A stretch of DNA of 64,000 nt from Bacteroidota bacterium (GCA_008933835.1 WBUG01000004.1:27005-91004), one strand, 5' to 3'. Shown: positions 31,403-42,483, counted from the stretch's first letter. The notes: generated by a model from the sequence alone, not told the origin. Program-made: numbers and translations.

Positions 31403-32122
31403 ATGAACAAGCTCATCCTTCTCGTCAGTATGGCCACACTCGTCGGTTGTTCCTCGTCCCGTGAATGGGCCGTAGCGCCCGGACAGCATCCACAGCGTTT
31501 CGAACGGGAGATCACCCTCAACGCGCGGTACGATCTGCTCGTGTACACGCCCGAGGCGTACGATCCGTCCCGGCGCTGGCCGCTCATCATCTTCCTCCAC
31601 GGTTCCGGAGAGCGCGGAAGCGACCCGAACCGTCTGAAAGTTCACAGCCTCCCGAAACTCGCAGAAACGCGCGGCGACTTCCCCTTCATCATCGTCTCGC
31701 CGCAGTGTCCGGAGGGCCAGCGGTGGAACGCCGTCACGCTCAACGCGATGCTGGACGACGTCATCGCCAGGATGCCGGTGGACACCTCGCGCATATACCT
31801 GACAGGACTCAGCATGGGAGGCTACGGCGCGTGGAAGTTCGCCATCGCCGCCCCCGAGCGGTTCGCTGCCGTCGCGCCGGTGTGCGGCTGGGGTCAACTG
31901 GAGGATGTCGAAAAGCTGAAGAACACGCCGGTGTGGGTCTTTCACGGCGCGCTGGACGACGTCGTCCCTTCGTCCGAGAGCGAAAAGATGGTCGCCTTCC
32001 TGAAGAAGCACGGCAGCACCTCCGTCCGTTACACGCTCTATCCGGACGCCAATCATAACGCGTGGGACCGGACGTACGCGAACCCCGAACTGTACGAATG
32101 GTTCCTGCAGCACACGAAATAA
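31403..32122 (+). CDS. Alpha/beta-hydrolase esterase lipoprotein (phospholipase/carboxylesterase family)
   Basis: Lipobox LVGCSSS; nucleophile elbow GLSMGGYGAW; HGSGERG. Confidence 0.7.
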   Translation: MNKLILLVSMATLVGCSSSREWAVAPGQHPQRFEREITLNARYDLLVYTPEAYDPSRRWPLIIFLHGSGERGSDPNRLKVHSLPKLAETRGDFPFIIVSPQCPEGQRWNAVTLNAMLDDVIARMPVDTSRIYLTGLSMGGYGAWKFAIAAPERFAAVAPVCGWGQLEDVEKLKNTPVWVFHGALDDVVPSSESEKMVAFLKKHGSTSVRYTLYPDANHNAWDRTYANPELYEWFLQHTK

Positions 32123-32134
32123 ACCACTGACCGC

Positions 32135-34378
32135 ATGAGACACCGTACCGCCCTGGCCCTCATCCTCCTTGTCCTGCTCACCGCTGGACTCACCTCACAA
32201 TCGCCGGTCCGCACGCTCGCACCGGCGGTCGAAGCGAAGATCGATTCCATCATCCGTCTGATGACGCTCGACGAGAAGCTCGGACAGCTCAACCAGATCG
32301 GCGGAACGTGGTACGATACGAAGACCGAGCGGCTCAATGAGGAACAGACGGCGCTGTTGAAGGCGGGAAGCATCGGCTCGTTCCTCGGCGTGACGGGCGC
32401 GGCCGAGACCGGCCGCATCCAGCGCATCGCGGTGGAGCAGACCCGCATGAAGATACCGGTACTGTTCAGCGCGGACATCATCCACGGATTCCACACCATC
32501 ACCCCCATCCCGCTGGCGGAGGCGAGCTCGTGGAACCCGGCACTGGTGGAGCGTTCCGCCCGCGTGGCGGCGATGGAAGGCGCCGCATCGGGGGTGCATT
32601 GGAACTACGCGCCGATGGTGGACATCGCCCGTGATCCCCGCTGGGGACGCATCGCCGAGGGGTCCGGCGAGGACCCGTACCTCGGCTCGGTGATGGCAGC
32701 GGCCCGCGTGCGCGGTTTCCAGGGGAACGACCTGCGGGCGTTCGGTTCGCTGCTGGCGTGCGCGAAACACTTCGCGGCGTACGGCGGAGCCGAAGCAGGA
32801 CGCGATTACAATACCGTCGACATGTCCGAACGGACGCTGCGGGAGACGTTCCTTCCGCCGTACAAAGCGGCGATCGACGCCGGCGCCTGGACGCTGATGA
32901 GCGCGTTCAACGAGATCGGCGGCGTTCCCAGTTCCGGAAGCCCGTGGCTCATGACCGATCTGCTCCGTACCGAGTGGGGCTTCAAAGGGATGGTGGTGAG
33001 CGACTACACCGCCGTGATGGAACTGATGAACCACCGCATCGCCGCCGACAGCACCGAAGCGGGCATCATCGGACTGTCGTCGGGCGTTGACATCGATATG
33101 GTGAGCCGCATCTACCTCCGCAAGCTGCCGGAGGCGGTCCGCACCGGACGGCTGAGCATGGCGGTGGTGGACGAAGCGGTCCGGCGCGTGCTGCGCGTGA
33201 AGTTCGCCTACGGCCTGTTCGACGATCCGTACCGCCACGCCCGGCCGGAGAAGGAGAAGGAACTGCTCCTGTCGAAGGAGCACCGCGCCGTCGCGCTCGC
33301 GATGGCGCATCAGTCCGTCGTGCTGCTCAAGAACGAGAAAGCGCTCCTGCCCATCTCGCCGACGATGAAGACGGTGGCGCTCATCGGACCGCTCGCCGGG
33401 AGCGAGAACCGCCGCGACCTGGTCGGCGCGTGGGCCTGGGCGCAGCGGCCCGAGGATGTCGTCTCGGTCATCGACGGGCTGCGCTCGAAACTGCCCGCCG
33501 GCACGCGTCTGCTCTATGACCGCGGCTGCGAGATCTCGTCCGATTCCGGTTACCGCGCCGAACAGGCGGTGAAGCTCGCGAAGCAGGCGGACGTGGTCAT
33601 CGCCGTCCTCGGCGAATCGCAGCGGCTGAGCGGTGAGGCCGCCAGCCGGTCAGACATTGGTCTGCCAGGACGCCAATTGGAGCTGCTCAAAGCGCTGAAG
33701 AGCGCCGGCAAACCGGTGGTGCTCGTGGTGATGAACGGCCGTCCGCTCACGCTGCAGTGGGAGGCGGACAACATCCCCGCCATCGTCGAAGCGTGGCATC
33801 TCGGCGTCGAAGCGGGGAACGCCCTGGCGGACATCCTCACCGGCGCGGTCAACCCGAGCGGCAAGCTGCCCGTCACCTTCCCCCGCAACCTCGGCCAGGT
33901 GCCGCTCTATTACAACCATAAGTCCACCGGACGCCCCTTCTCGGTGAAGGACCATTACACGACCCGCTACCTCGACGTTCCGAACACGCCGCTCTTCCCG
34001 TTCGGGCACGGTCTGTCGTACACCACGTTCGCTTACAGCGCGCTCACGGTCGCGAAGAACGAGATCACGGCCGGGTCCACCCTTGACGTCAGCGTCACCG
34101 TCGCCAACACCGGCACGCGTGCCGGCGACGAGGTGGTGCAGCTGTACCTGCGGGACGATGTCGCGTCCGTCACGCGGCCGGTGAAGGAATTGAAAGCGTT
34201 CCGGCGCGTGTCGCTTGCCCCCGGAGAGAGGACGACCGTCACGTTCACGCTGACGCCGGTCGATCTCACGTTCCTGGGTCCGGACCTGAAGCCCCGCATC
34301 GAACCGGGCACCTTCACGCTCTTCGCCGGCGGCAGTTCCGACGCCGCGCTGGAGACGCACTTCGCCGTCGTTCCATGA
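32135..34378 (+). CDS. GH3 beta-glucosidase (periplasmic, BglX-like)
   Basis: KHFAAYGG, SDYTAV and FGHGLSYTTF GH3 blocks; signal peptide. Confidence 0.85.
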   Translation: MRHRTALALILLVLLTAGLTSQSPVRTLAPAVEAKIDSIIRLMTLDEKLGQLNQIGGTWYDTKTERLNEEQTALLKAGSIGSFLGVTGAAETGRIQRIAVEQTRMKIPVLFSADIIHGFHTITPIPLAEASSWNPALVERSARVAAMEGAASGVHWNYAPMVDIARDPRWGRIAEGSGEDPYLGSVMAAARVRGFQGNDLRAFGSLLACAKHFAAYGGAEAGRDYNTVDMSERTLRETFLPPYKAAIDAGAWTLMSAFNEIGGVPSSGSPWLMTDLLRTEWGFKGMVVSDYTAVMELMNHRIAADSTEAGIIGLSSGVDIDMVSRIYLRKLPEAVRTGRLSMAVVDEAVRRVLRVKFAYGLFDDPYRHARPEKEKELLLSKEHRAVALAMAHQSVVLLKNEKALLPISPTMKTVALIGPLAGSENRRDLVGAWAWAQRPEDVVSVIDGLRSKLPAGTRLLYDRGCEISSDSGYRAEQAVKLAKQADVVIAVLGESQRLSGEAASRSDIGLPGRQLELLKALKSAGKPVVLVVMNGRPLTLQWEADNIPAIVEAWHLGVEAGNALADILTGAVNPSGKLPVTFPRNLGQVPLYYNHKSTGRPFSVKDHYTTRYLDVPNTPLFPFGHGLSYTTFAYSALTVAKNEITAGSTLDVSVTVANTGTRAGDEVVQLYLRDDVASVTRPVKELKAFRRVSLAPGERTTVTFTLTPVDLTFLGPDLKPRIEPGTFTLFAGGSSDAALETHFAVVP

Positions 34379-34396
34379 GCCGGTGACCGCCGCACG

Positions 34397-35674
34397 ATGA
34401 ACCGTCTGCGCGCCATAACGCCCGTTCTGCTGCTCCTCGCCGGCATCTCCTGCGGGCCGCAGCAGGAGCGTGTCACCGTTCTCAAGTTCTGGGGATTCGG
34501 GAACGAAGGGGAGATGGTGCAGCCGCTCATCCGGGAGTTCGAACGCATGCATCCGGACATCCGGGTGGAGGTGCAGCAGATCCCCTGGACCGCCGCGCAT
34601 GAAAAGCTCCTCACGGCGTACGCCGGCGGTTCCACGCCGGACGTCTGTCAGCTGGGGAACACCTGGATCCCCGAGTTCACCGTGCTGAACGCGCTCGAAC
34701 CGCTGGACCGTTTCGCCGGCGCCTCGGCGACGCTGCAGCTGGACGACATCTTCCCCGGCGTGCTCCGGACGAACATCATCGACTCGGCGCTGTACGGTGT
34801 CCCCTGGTACGTCGATACGCGAGTGGTGTACTACCGGAAGGATATCCTGCAGCAGGCGGGGTACGAGGAGTTCCCCGCAACCTGGAGCGGTGTGCTCAAG
34901 GCGTCGGAGGCCATCCAGCGGATCGCGGCGGCGAAGAAGAAGGTCGCGTATCCGTTCTTCCTCCCGACCAACGAATGGGTGCCGGCCATCGCCCTCGGCA
35001 TGCAGAGCGGCGGGAACTTCCTGAAGAACTCCGGCGCCAACGGGAACTTCAGCGGTCCGGAGTTCACCCGCGCGTTCACGCTCCTCTCCGAATTCTATGC
35101 GAAGCGGTATTCACCCTCCGGGATGCAGCTCATCACCAATCTCTACAATTCGTTCTCGGACGGCGTCATCGTCATGTACATCACCGGACCGTGGAACATC
35201 GGCGAGTTCACCCGCCGCATCCCACCGCATCAGCAGAAGCTGTGGATGACCGCGCCGCTTCCCTCCATGGACTCGCTCACGCCGGGCATCTCGCTGCCGC
35301 TCGGCACCAGTCTGGTGATGTTCCGCGAGAGCCGTCACAAGGAGGCGGCCTGGAAGCTCATCGAGTACCTCTCGTCGGTCGAGACCTCCGTCCGGTTCTA
35401 CGGCATGACCGGCAATCTTCCGCCGCGCCGGTCGGCGTGGCGGGACAGTGCGCTCGCCTCCAACGTGTACGCCGCGGCGTTCTACCGGCAGCTTCAGCGC
35501 GTGGACCCGCTGCCGCAGATCCCCGAGTGGGAGCAGATCGTCATCCGGCTGCAGACCTACGTCGAGTACGTCGCCACCGGCACGCTCGCGGTACCGGAGG
35601 CGCTGCGGCGGTTCGACGGCGAAGTGGACGTCATCCTTGAGAAGCGCCGGTGGATGGTGGAGAACGCCCGATGA
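34397..35674 (+). CDS. ABC transporter sugar-binding lipoprotein (family 1 SBP)
   Basis: Lipoprotein signal LLLLAGISCG; SBP_bac_1-like sequence. Confidence 0.75.
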   Translation: MNRLRAITPVLLLLAGISCGPQQERVTVLKFWGFGNEGEMVQPLIREFERMHPDIRVEVQQIPWTAAHEKLLTAYAGGSTPDVCQLGNTWIPEFTVLNALEPLDRFAGASATLQLDDIFPGVLRTNIIDSALYGVPWYVDTRVVYYRKDILQQAGYEEFPATWSGVLKASEAIQRIAAAKKKVAYPFFLPTNEWVPAIALGMQSGGNFLKNSGANGNFSGPEFTRAFTLLSEFYAKRYSPSGMQLITNLYNSFSDGVIVMYITGPWNIGEFTRRIPPHQQKLWMTAPLPSMDSLTPGISLPLGTSLVMFRESRHKEAAWKLIEYLSSVETSVRFYGMTGNLPPRRSAWRDSALASNVYAAAFYRQLQRVDPLPQIPEWEQIVIRLQTYVEYVATGTLAVPEALRRFDGEVDVILEKRRWMVENAR

Positions 35675-36555
35675 ACGCCGCCCCCCGCGCCGCCGCAGCC
35701 TGGATCTTCCTGTCGCCCGCCCTGGCGGTCATCGGCATCTTCTTCGTGCTGCCGGTGCTCGCCGCGTTCGCGCTCAGCTTCACGGACTTCGACATCTACG
35801 CGCTCGGGAACTGGGACTACTTCCGCTTCGTGGGGTTCCAGAACTACGTCCGCATCTTCGAGACCCCGCTGTTCTGGACCGCGCTGCGCAACACCTTCTA
35901 CTTCGTCCTCGCGGGCGGACCGCTCTCCGTGGCGGTGTCGCTCGGCACCGCGCTCATGCTCCATTCCAAACTGGCGCGGTTCCGCACCTTCTACCGTACC
36001 GTCTTCTTCCTGCCGGTCGTCTCGAGCCTCATCGCCGTCGCCATCATCTGGCGCTACCTGTACCATCCCGCCCACGGTCTGCTGAACTACGCCCTCTCGT
36101 TCGCCGGCATCGGTCCGGTGGACTGGCTCGGCGACACCGCGGTGGCGATGCCGGCCATCATCGTGATGGCGGTATGGAAGAACTTCGGCTACAATATGCT
36201 CATCTTCCTCGCCGGACTGCAGAACATTCCGGACGACCTCTACGAGGCGGCGCACCTGGACGGCGCCAGCGGGTGGCAGCAGTTCCGCAGCATCACGCTG
36301 CCGATGCTGAAGCCGACCACGGTGTTCGTGGTGATGATCACGGTCATCGGCTACTTCCAGCTCTTCGCCGAACCGTACGTGATGACGCAGGGGGGACCAC
36401 TGAACTCCACCACGAGCATCGTGTACCTGATGTACGAACAGGGATTCCGATGGTGGAGCATGGGCTTCGCCGCCGCCATCGCGTTCGTCCTCTTCGCCAT
36501 CATCCTCGCGTTCACGCTCGTGCAGATGCTGCTGCAAAGGAGCGTGAAGCGATGA
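35671..36555 (+). CDS. ABC sugar permease (MalF/UgpA-like)
   Basis: EAA-loop region (LYEAAHLDGASGWQQFRSITLP); ATG overlaps the upstream stop (ATGA). Confidence 0.8.
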   Translation: MNAAPRAAAAWIFLSPALAVIGIFFVLPVLAAFALSFTDFDIYALGNWDYFRFVGFQNYVRIFETPLFWTALRNTFYFVLAGGPLSVAVSLGTALMLHSKLARFRTFYRTVFFLPVVSSLIAVAIIWRYLYHPAHGLLNYALSFAGIGPVDWLGDTAVAMPAIIVMAVWKNFGYNMLIFLAGLQNIPDDLYEAAHLDGASGWQQFRSITLPMLKPTTVFVVMITVIGYFQLFAEPYVMTQGGPLNSTTSIVYLMYEQGFRWWSMGFAAAIAFVLFAIILAFTLVQMLLQRSVKR

Positions 36556-37373
36556 AACGCCGGACGATGTCCCTGCTGCTCAACTCGGGCCTGTTTCTGA
36601 TCGGCCTCACCACGCTGGCGCCGGTGCTCTGGATGCTCTCCGCGTCGTTCATGCCCTCCGGGGAGGCGGGCACCTTCCCGCCGCCGCTGTTCCCCTCCGC
36701 GCCGACGCTGGAGCATTACGCGGCGCTGACGGAGCGGCTGAGCATGATGCGGTACTTCCTCAACAGCTTCATCATCGCCGGTTCGGTGACGGTCGTCTCG
36801 ACGCTCCTCAATTCCATGGCCGGATTCGCCTTCGCCAAGTACCAGTTCGCGGGGCGGGACCGGCTATTCGGCGCGCTGCTCAGCGGCATGGTGGTGCCGG
36901 CGCAGGTGACGATGCTCCCGCTCTTCCTCATGATGAAGGAGATGGGCTTCGTGAACACGTACGTCGGAGCCGTCATCCCCGGCATGGCGAGCATCTTCGG
37001 TATCTTCCTCATCCGCCAGTTCGTGTCCGCCATCCCGGACAGCCTCATCGAAGCGGCGCGCATCGACGGCGGAAGCGAGTTCCGCATCTACCGCACCGTC
37101 ATCCTTCCGCTCTGCAAGCCGATCCTGCTCACGCTCGCGCTCTTCACGTTCATGGGAACGTGGAACGATTTCATGTGGCCCCTCATCATCATGACGGACC
37201 AGTCCAACTACACCCTGCAGGTGGGTCTGGCGAACCTGATGGGGGAGCATGTGCTGGACCTCGAACTGATGATGGCCGGCTCGGTGGTCACCATCATCCC
37301 CGTGCTGGCGCTCTTCCTCGTGTTCCAGAAGCATTACGTCCGCGGTATCATGGTCGGCGGCGTCAAAGAATGA
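36552..37373 (+). CDS. ABC sugar permease (MalG/UgpE-like)
   Basis: EAA-loop (LIEAARIDGGSEFRIYRTVILP); ATGA overlap with the upstream gene; the track ORF 35448..37373 is an in-frame run-on. Confidence 0.8.
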   Translation: MKRRTMSLLLNSGLFLIGLTTLAPVLWMLSASFMPSGEAGTFPPPLFPSAPTLEHYAALTERLSMMRYFLNSFIIAGSVTVVSTLLNSMAGFAFAKYQFAGRDRLFGALLSGMVVPAQVTMLPLFLMMKEMGFVNTYVGAVIPGMASIFGIFLIRQFVSAIPDSLIEAARIDGGSEFRIYRTVILPLCKPILLTLALFTFMGTWNDFMWPLIIMTDQSNYTLQVGLANLMGEHVLDLELMMAGSVVTIIPVLALFLVFQKHYVRGIMVGGVKE

Positions 37374-37414
37374 CGCTGCCGTTCTCCTCCTCCTGAATCA
37401 TTCACGGTGACGGT

Positions 37415-40400
37415 ATGCAGCAGATCCTTCTTCTTCTCTCCCTCATTTCGCTCCTCTCCGCGCAGGCGCCGCGGTCGTCCAGGGTGCTCGACGACGGCAG
37501 CGACGCGTCGCGCTGGACCCCGTTCCAATCCCTCGGCGTTCAGGTGACCCGCCGGGGAGAGGAGGGGGCGGTGCGGTTCGACATCGATTTCCGCAAGGGG
37601 TCCGGTTACGGCGGCATCGTACGCACCTTCGCGGACGAACTGCCGGAGAACTACGAGCTATCGTTCCGCATGCGGGCGACCGTTCCGGTGAACAACTTCG
37701 AAGTGAAGGTGAGCGGCGACAGTGCCGGCGAGAACATCTGGTGGGTGAACCGGAAGAACTACATGTATCCCACCGAATGGAAACGCATCGTCCTCAAGAA
37801 GCGTCACCTCGGGTACGCATGGGGGACGCGGTATGCGGCGAATCCGCCCCGGCTCTCCCGGCTGGAGATCGTCGTCACCGCGGGGACCGGCGGCTCCGGA
37901 AGCGTCTGGATCGACGACGTGACGCTGACCGCGCTGCCGTCCCCACCATCCGTCATCCCCGAACCGACCGTCACCGCGTCGTCGTTCGTGAAGGGCGGCG
38001 AGCCCATCAACGTTCGTACCGGAACAGCGGGCCCCTGGCGGAGCAAAGGGAAGGGGAGCGAATGGTTGGAACTGGACCTGAAGTATGAAAAAGAGTTCGG
38101 CGCGCTGAAACTGGAGTGGGATCCCTCCCTTCGGACGGTGTCGTACGACGTGCTCACCTCGTTCGACCGGAAGACGTATGAAACGATACGCTCGGTGGAG
38201 CACGGGAAGACCGGTGTCACTTTTCTGTACCTCCCCGAATCGGAGGCGCGCTATGTGCGCATCGCGATGAAGAAGAACGGGGGCGGAAATGCGTACCGGC
38301 TGAACGAATTGGAGGTCATCGGAAGCGATGCGGTCTCTTCCCCCAACCAGTACTTCGAACAGGTCGCCGCGGCGGCGCCGAAGGGGATGTATCCGCGGTA
38401 CTTCCTGAAACAGCAGCCGTATTGGACCGTGGTCGGCGTTCCGTCGGACACGCGCGAAGCGCTCTTCGGCGAGGACGGCGCGTTGGAGACCGACCGGCAG
38501 AAATTCTCGCTGGAACCGTTCATCGTCCTGGATGGACCGAACCGAGTATTGCATTGGGAGAATGCGGTGACCGAACAGTCTCTCGACGCACGGTACCTGC
38601 CGGTGCCGACCGTGGTGCGCGTGTATGACGGCATGACGCTCACCGTGACGGCCCTGGCGACGGGCGAGCCGGAGCGTTCCGCGGCGATGCTCCGGTATGT
38701 CGTGAAGAACACCTCCGCAACGCGCATGAACGGTTCGTTCTACCTTGCCCTGCGTCCGTTCCAGGTCAATCCGTCGTCCCAATGGCTCAATTATGACGGC
38801 GGCTTCGCGTTCACGCGATCCATATCTTTCGCCGGTTCCCGCGCCGTCGTCGACGGTCATCCCGTCATCGTCTCCGGCACCCCCGCATCGGCGGGCGCGG
38901 TCGCATCGGACCAGGGGGACATCACGGACGCTATTTCATCGAACACCATTCCCCCCGCCGCCGCGGCGGAGGACCGTAACGGCATGGTCTCCGGCGCGTT
39001 CCGGTACACCTACTCGCTCGCTCCGGGCGATTCGATGACGGTGGTCGCCGCGTCACCGTTCACGGCGGAAGGGGACCGGTGGACCGCCGCATCTCCGACG
39101 CCGGAAGAGTTCGAACGGGTGCTGCAGGAAGTGCGTTCGTTCTGGACGGCAAGACTCACGACGGTCGAATTCTCCGTGAACGCCGAAGCGCAGCGGTACG
39201 TGGACCTCATCCGTTCCAATCTCGCGTACATCCTCATCAACAAGGACCGGTTCGGGTTCCAGCCGGGCTCCCGTTCGTACGAACGGTCATGGATCCGTGA
39301 CGGTTCGATGACCTCCGACGCGCTGCTGAAGCTCGGCATCACCGAGGAACCGAAACGGTACCTGGAATGGTATTCCGGACATCAGTACGAATCCGGTGCG
39401 GTCCCCTGTGTGGTCGACACGCGTGGTCCGGACCCCGTGCCGGAGCATGACAGCCATGGTCAGCTCATCTTCGCCATCATGGAATACTTCCGGTTCACCG
39501 GCGATACAGCCTTCCTGCGTTCGCGGTGGAAGAACATCACGGCGGCGGTCGGTTACATTCAATCGCTCCGTGCGCAACGGATGACGCCGGAATACCGCGA
39601 CGGCGGTGACGAGAAACGGGCGTTCTACGGCCTGGTCACCGAATCCATCAGCCATGAAGGATACTCCGACAAACCGATGCACTCCTACTGGGACAATTTC
39701 TTCGTCCTGAAAGGGCTGAAGGACGCCGCCGCCGCGGCCGCGGCGCTCGGTCTGCGAACGGACGCGGCCCGGTACGACAGCCTTGCGAAGGCGTTCCGTA
39801 CCGACCTGTACGCTTCCATCGCGCTGGCGATGAAGAACCGGAAGGTCGACTATGTGCCGGGATGCGTCGAGAAGGGGGATTTCGACGCGACCTCCACCTC
39901 CATCGCCCTCTTCCCGAACGGCGAGATGAATCACGTGCCGCAGCCGGCGTATCAGCGGACGTTCGACCGCTACTACGACTGGTTCATGCAGCGCGCGAAG
40001 GGGGAGCTCACCTGGGACGCGTACACACCGTACGAAGTGCGGAACGTCGGCACGTACGTGTACCTCGGACAGAAGCAGCGGGCGCACGACGTGCTCGAGT
40101 TCCTGATGAAGGACCAGCGTCCCCGCGGATGGAACCATTGGGCCGAGGTCGTGGCGAACGGCTACCGCACCGTCCGGTTCATCGGCGACATGCCGCACAC
40201 CTGGGTCGGCTCGGACTACGTGAACGCCGTTCGCGCCATGTTCGTCTATGAGATCGACGACGATCACACCGTCGTGCTCGGCGCCGGATTGAAGGATGCG
40301 TGGGTGAAGGAAGGACTCTCGGTCCGCGGACTGCCGACGCATTACGGAACGGTATCCTATGCCATCGCGCCGCAATCCGGCGGCGTCGTATCGGTCCGGG

Positions 40401-40561
40401 TGACCGGCACCATCGACGCTTCACGCACCCCGCTGCTCGTTCCGTCGTCGCTTCTCTCTACCGGTCTGAAATCGGCGGCGGTGAACGGCGTGCCGGTTGT
40501 CCCCAAAAATGGCTATATTCATCTGTCGTCCCTGCCGGCGACCGTCGAACTCACCTATTGA
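37415..40561 (+). CDS. Large secreted protein: N-terminal discoidin/CBM-like domain plus C-terminal GH15-like (alpha/alpha)6 domain
   Basis: Signal peptide; YERSWIRDGSMTSDALL resembles the glucoamylase W.RD.A motif; the domain call is tentative. Confidence 0.4.
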   Translation: MQQILLLLSLISLLSAQAPRSSRVLDDGSDASRWTPFQSLGVQVTRRGEEGAVRFDIDFRKGSGYGGIVRTFADELPENYELSFRMRATVPVNNFEVKVSGDSAGENIWWVNRKNYMYPTEWKRIVLKKRHLGYAWGTRYAANPPRLSRLEIVVTAGTGGSGSVWIDDVTLTALPSPPSVIPEPTVTASSFVKGGEPINVRTGTAGPWRSKGKGSEWLELDLKYEKEFGALKLEWDPSLRTVSYDVLTSFDRKTYETIRSVEHGKTGVTFLYLPESEARYVRIAMKKNGGGNAYRLNELEVIGSDAVSSPNQYFEQVAAAAPKGMYPRYFLKQQPYWTVVGVPSDTREALFGEDGALETDRQKFSLEPFIVLDGPNRVLHWENAVTEQSLDARYLPVPTVVRVYDGMTLTVTALATGEPERSAAMLRYVVKNTSATRMNGSFYLALRPFQVNPSSQWLNYDGGFAFTRSISFAGSRAVVDGHPVIVSGTPASAGAVASDQGDITDAISSNTIPPAAAAEDRNGMVSGAFRYTYSLAPGDSMTVVAASPFTAEGDRWTAASPTPEEFERVLQEVRSFWTARLTTVEFSVNAEAQRYVDLIRSNLAYILINKDRFGFQPGSRSYERSWIRDGSMTSDALLKLGITEEPKRYLEWYSGHQYESGAVPCVVDTRGPDPVPEHDSHGQLIFAIMEYFRFTGDTAFLRSRWKNITAAVGYIQSLRAQRMTPEYRDGGDEKRAFYGLVTESISHEGYSDKPMHSYWDNFFVLKGLKDAAAAAAALGLRTDAARYDSLAKAFRTDLYASIALAMKNRKVDYVPGCVEKGDFDATSTSIALFPNGEMNHVPQPAYQRTFDRYYDWFMQRAKGELTWDAYTPYEVRNVGTYVYLGQKQRAHDVLEFLMKDQRPRGWNHWAEVVANGYRTVRFIGDMPHTWVGSDYVNAVRAMFVYEIDDDHTVVLGAGLKDAWVKEGLSVRGLPTHYGTVSYAIAPQSGGVVSVRVTGTIDASRTPLLVPSSLLSTGLKSAAVNGVPVVPKNGYIHLSSLPATVELTY

Positions 40562-40641
40562 TACCGGCCTTCGCGGCTCGGACCGATGGTCATGCCGGTG
40601 CTCGGCATGACCATCACGTTGTACACGCGCACCGGAACCTG

Positions 40642-42483
40642 ATGAAGACCATCCTGCTTCTCCTTTCATTCGCCGTTCTGACAGCGGACGCCCAGTACCG
40701 CACCATCGAAGCGGCGGACGATACGCTCGCTCGCATGGACGACCGCGTCGTGACGACGCAGGACCTCTACGAACGCATCGCACTGATGCCGTACGCGGAC
40801 CGGCTCACCGAACGCGACCACCGCGCCCTGAAGCGGAAGGCGGTCGCCTCCATCGTCGGCGAATACATTCTGGCGGCGGACGACATTCCGGCGGAAGCGA
40901 TGCCGTGGCGGGAACCGTACACCCGTTCCGTCCTCCGCAGTCTCTTCCTTCGCGACGCCCTCTTCAAACGTGAGATACGCGAACGGGTCACCGTTTCGGA
41001 GAAGGAGGTGACGGAGGGTCTGAAACGCTTCGCGAAACGGCGGCATCTGCTCGCCGTGCGGGTCCGCAGCGGGGAGGCCGGCCGGTCCCTCGCCGCCCGG
41101 TGGACGGAGCTGAAGCGGCGGGGGACGCCGAACGCGTCCGCCGAACGTCTCCTCGGCGTCCGCTTCGATTCCGTCGCGGTCGCGTTCGGCTCGGCGGATT
41201 CCGTTCTCGAAGAGGCAGCGTACCGGCTGAAGGACACCCTCTCCGTCGCCGGACCGCTGCGTTCACAGTTCTACGGCCTGATGGTGGTGACGTTCGTCCG
41301 TGAGGACGCGAACCCCGCCGCGGCCGGCCTTTCCATCACCGACCGCCGTACGAGCGTCCGGAACGCCGTGCGGGACCGGAAAGAATCGCAGCTGCAGGTA
41401 CGTTTCTTCGATACGGTGCTCCGAGGTCATACGATGAGCGTGGACAGCGCGCTCTTCGCTCCGGTCGCCGCTGCGTTGCGCGCGTACATCCTGCGCGATA
41501 CGGCCGCACGGAGCGTGCCGGCAGGATTCCGCTACATTCCGACCGACATCCACGACCTGATGACAGTGTTCCGTTCCCGGCTCGATTCCCCGTTCGTGAG
41601 CGGTACCTTCGGCTCCATCTCCCTCGGCCGGTTCCTCGAGCATCTTTTCTACTACGACTTCAGCGCGCCGTCCCTTCGTCCGGAACGCTTCACCGCATCG
41701 TTCCTCCAGATGGTGCGGGCCATCGTCGAAGGGGAGATGGCCTCCGCCGAAGCGGAACGCCGCGGTCTGCAGTACGATCCGGAGGTCCGCCGCGACATTG
41801 CGGTCTGGAACGGTCACACCCGTTCCCGTGTGGCTGAATACCTGATGGCGGACACGGTCCGGGGGGAGGAATGGGAGCCGTACTGGTCCCTCTGGCGCCG
41901 CGCCCCGGCGCTCGTCGAACGTCATCTGCAGATATCCGTGCAGGAGGTCCTGGTGACGGATTCGTCCGATGCTCGACGGATCGAACTCGCGCTCCGGGGC
42001 GGTGCGGCGATGGATTCGGTCGCGCGGGAACGGACGCTGCGCACCGGTTGGCGGAAGGAGGGAGGTCGTTCCGGATGGTTCCCCTTCGCGAAGTACCCCG
42101 CACTGGCGGCGAAGACGATGATGGTCTCCGCCGGTACGCTCTCGCCGCCGGTGCGGCTTCCCGAAGGATTCTCCCTCTTCCGCGTGCTCGGCCGCCGTTT
42201 CGACGGCGATACGCTGATGCTCGATTCGCTGCTGCAGCGCGAGCGGCTGCGGACCGACACGCAGCGCCGTTCCGCCGCGGTGACGGCGGCGGTCGCCGCG
42301 AAGGCGCTGAACCGCCGCGTGGAGTTCTATGATGACCGTATCGACCGGGCGGAAGTCCCCGACATCGCGATGGTGACCCGGCGCATCATCGGGTTCGGCG
42401 GGCGCCTCAACGCGGCCCCTGAGCTCTATCCACAGTGGCAATGGGTGGAACGGTGGAAACGGATGAAAGAAATGAACCCGTGA
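40642..42483 (+). CDS. Periplasmic SurA/PpiD-like chaperone or peptidyl-prolyl isomerase (tentative)
   Basis: Signal peptide MKTILLLLSFAVLTADA; SurA-like N-terminal region; start moved to the Met with the signal peptide. Confidence 0.35.
   Translation: MKTILLLLSFAVLTADAQYRTIEAADDTLARMDDRVVTTQDLYERIALMPYADRLTERDHRALKRKAVASIVGEYILAADDIPAEAMPWREPYTRSVLRSLFLRDALFKREIRERVTVSEKEVTEGLKRFAKRRHLLAVRVRSGEAGRSLAARWTELKRRGTPNASAERLLGVRFDSVAVAFGSADSVLEEAAYRLKDTLSVAGPLRSQFYGLMVVTFVREDANPAAAGLSITDRRTSVRNAVRDRKESQLQVRFFDTVLRGHTMSVDSALFAPVAAALRAYILRDTAARSVPAGFRYIPTDIHDLMTVFRSRLDSPFVSGTFGSISLGRFLEHLFYYDFSAPSLRPERFTASFLQMVRAIVEGEMASAEAERRGLQYDPEVRRDIAVWNGHTRSRVAEYLMADTVRGEEWEPYWSLWRRAPALVERHLQISVQEVLVTDSSDARRIELALRGGAAMDSVARERTLRTGWRKEGGRSGWFPFAKYPALAAKTMMVSAGTLSPPVRLPEGFSLFRVLGRRFDGDTLMLDSLLQRERLRTDTQRRSAAVTAAVAAKALNRRVEFYDDRIDRAEVPDIAMVTRRIIGFGGRLNAAPELYPQWQWVERWKRMKEMNP

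Noticed and set aside
14181-31590. Series of long minus-strand ORFs (14181..16202, 16046..18523, 18933..22610, 23044..25218, 25689..27704, 29476..31590)
   Set aside because: All are antisense to + strand genes with clear family signatures (TBDR, GH94, GH2-like, etc.); the absence of stops reflects GC3 bias of the sense genes.
35448-37373. 641-aa + strand ORF
   Set aside because: In-frame upstream extension through the preceding permease gene region; the real gene is the MalG-like permease starting at ATG 36552 (ATGA overlap, own TM-topology start).
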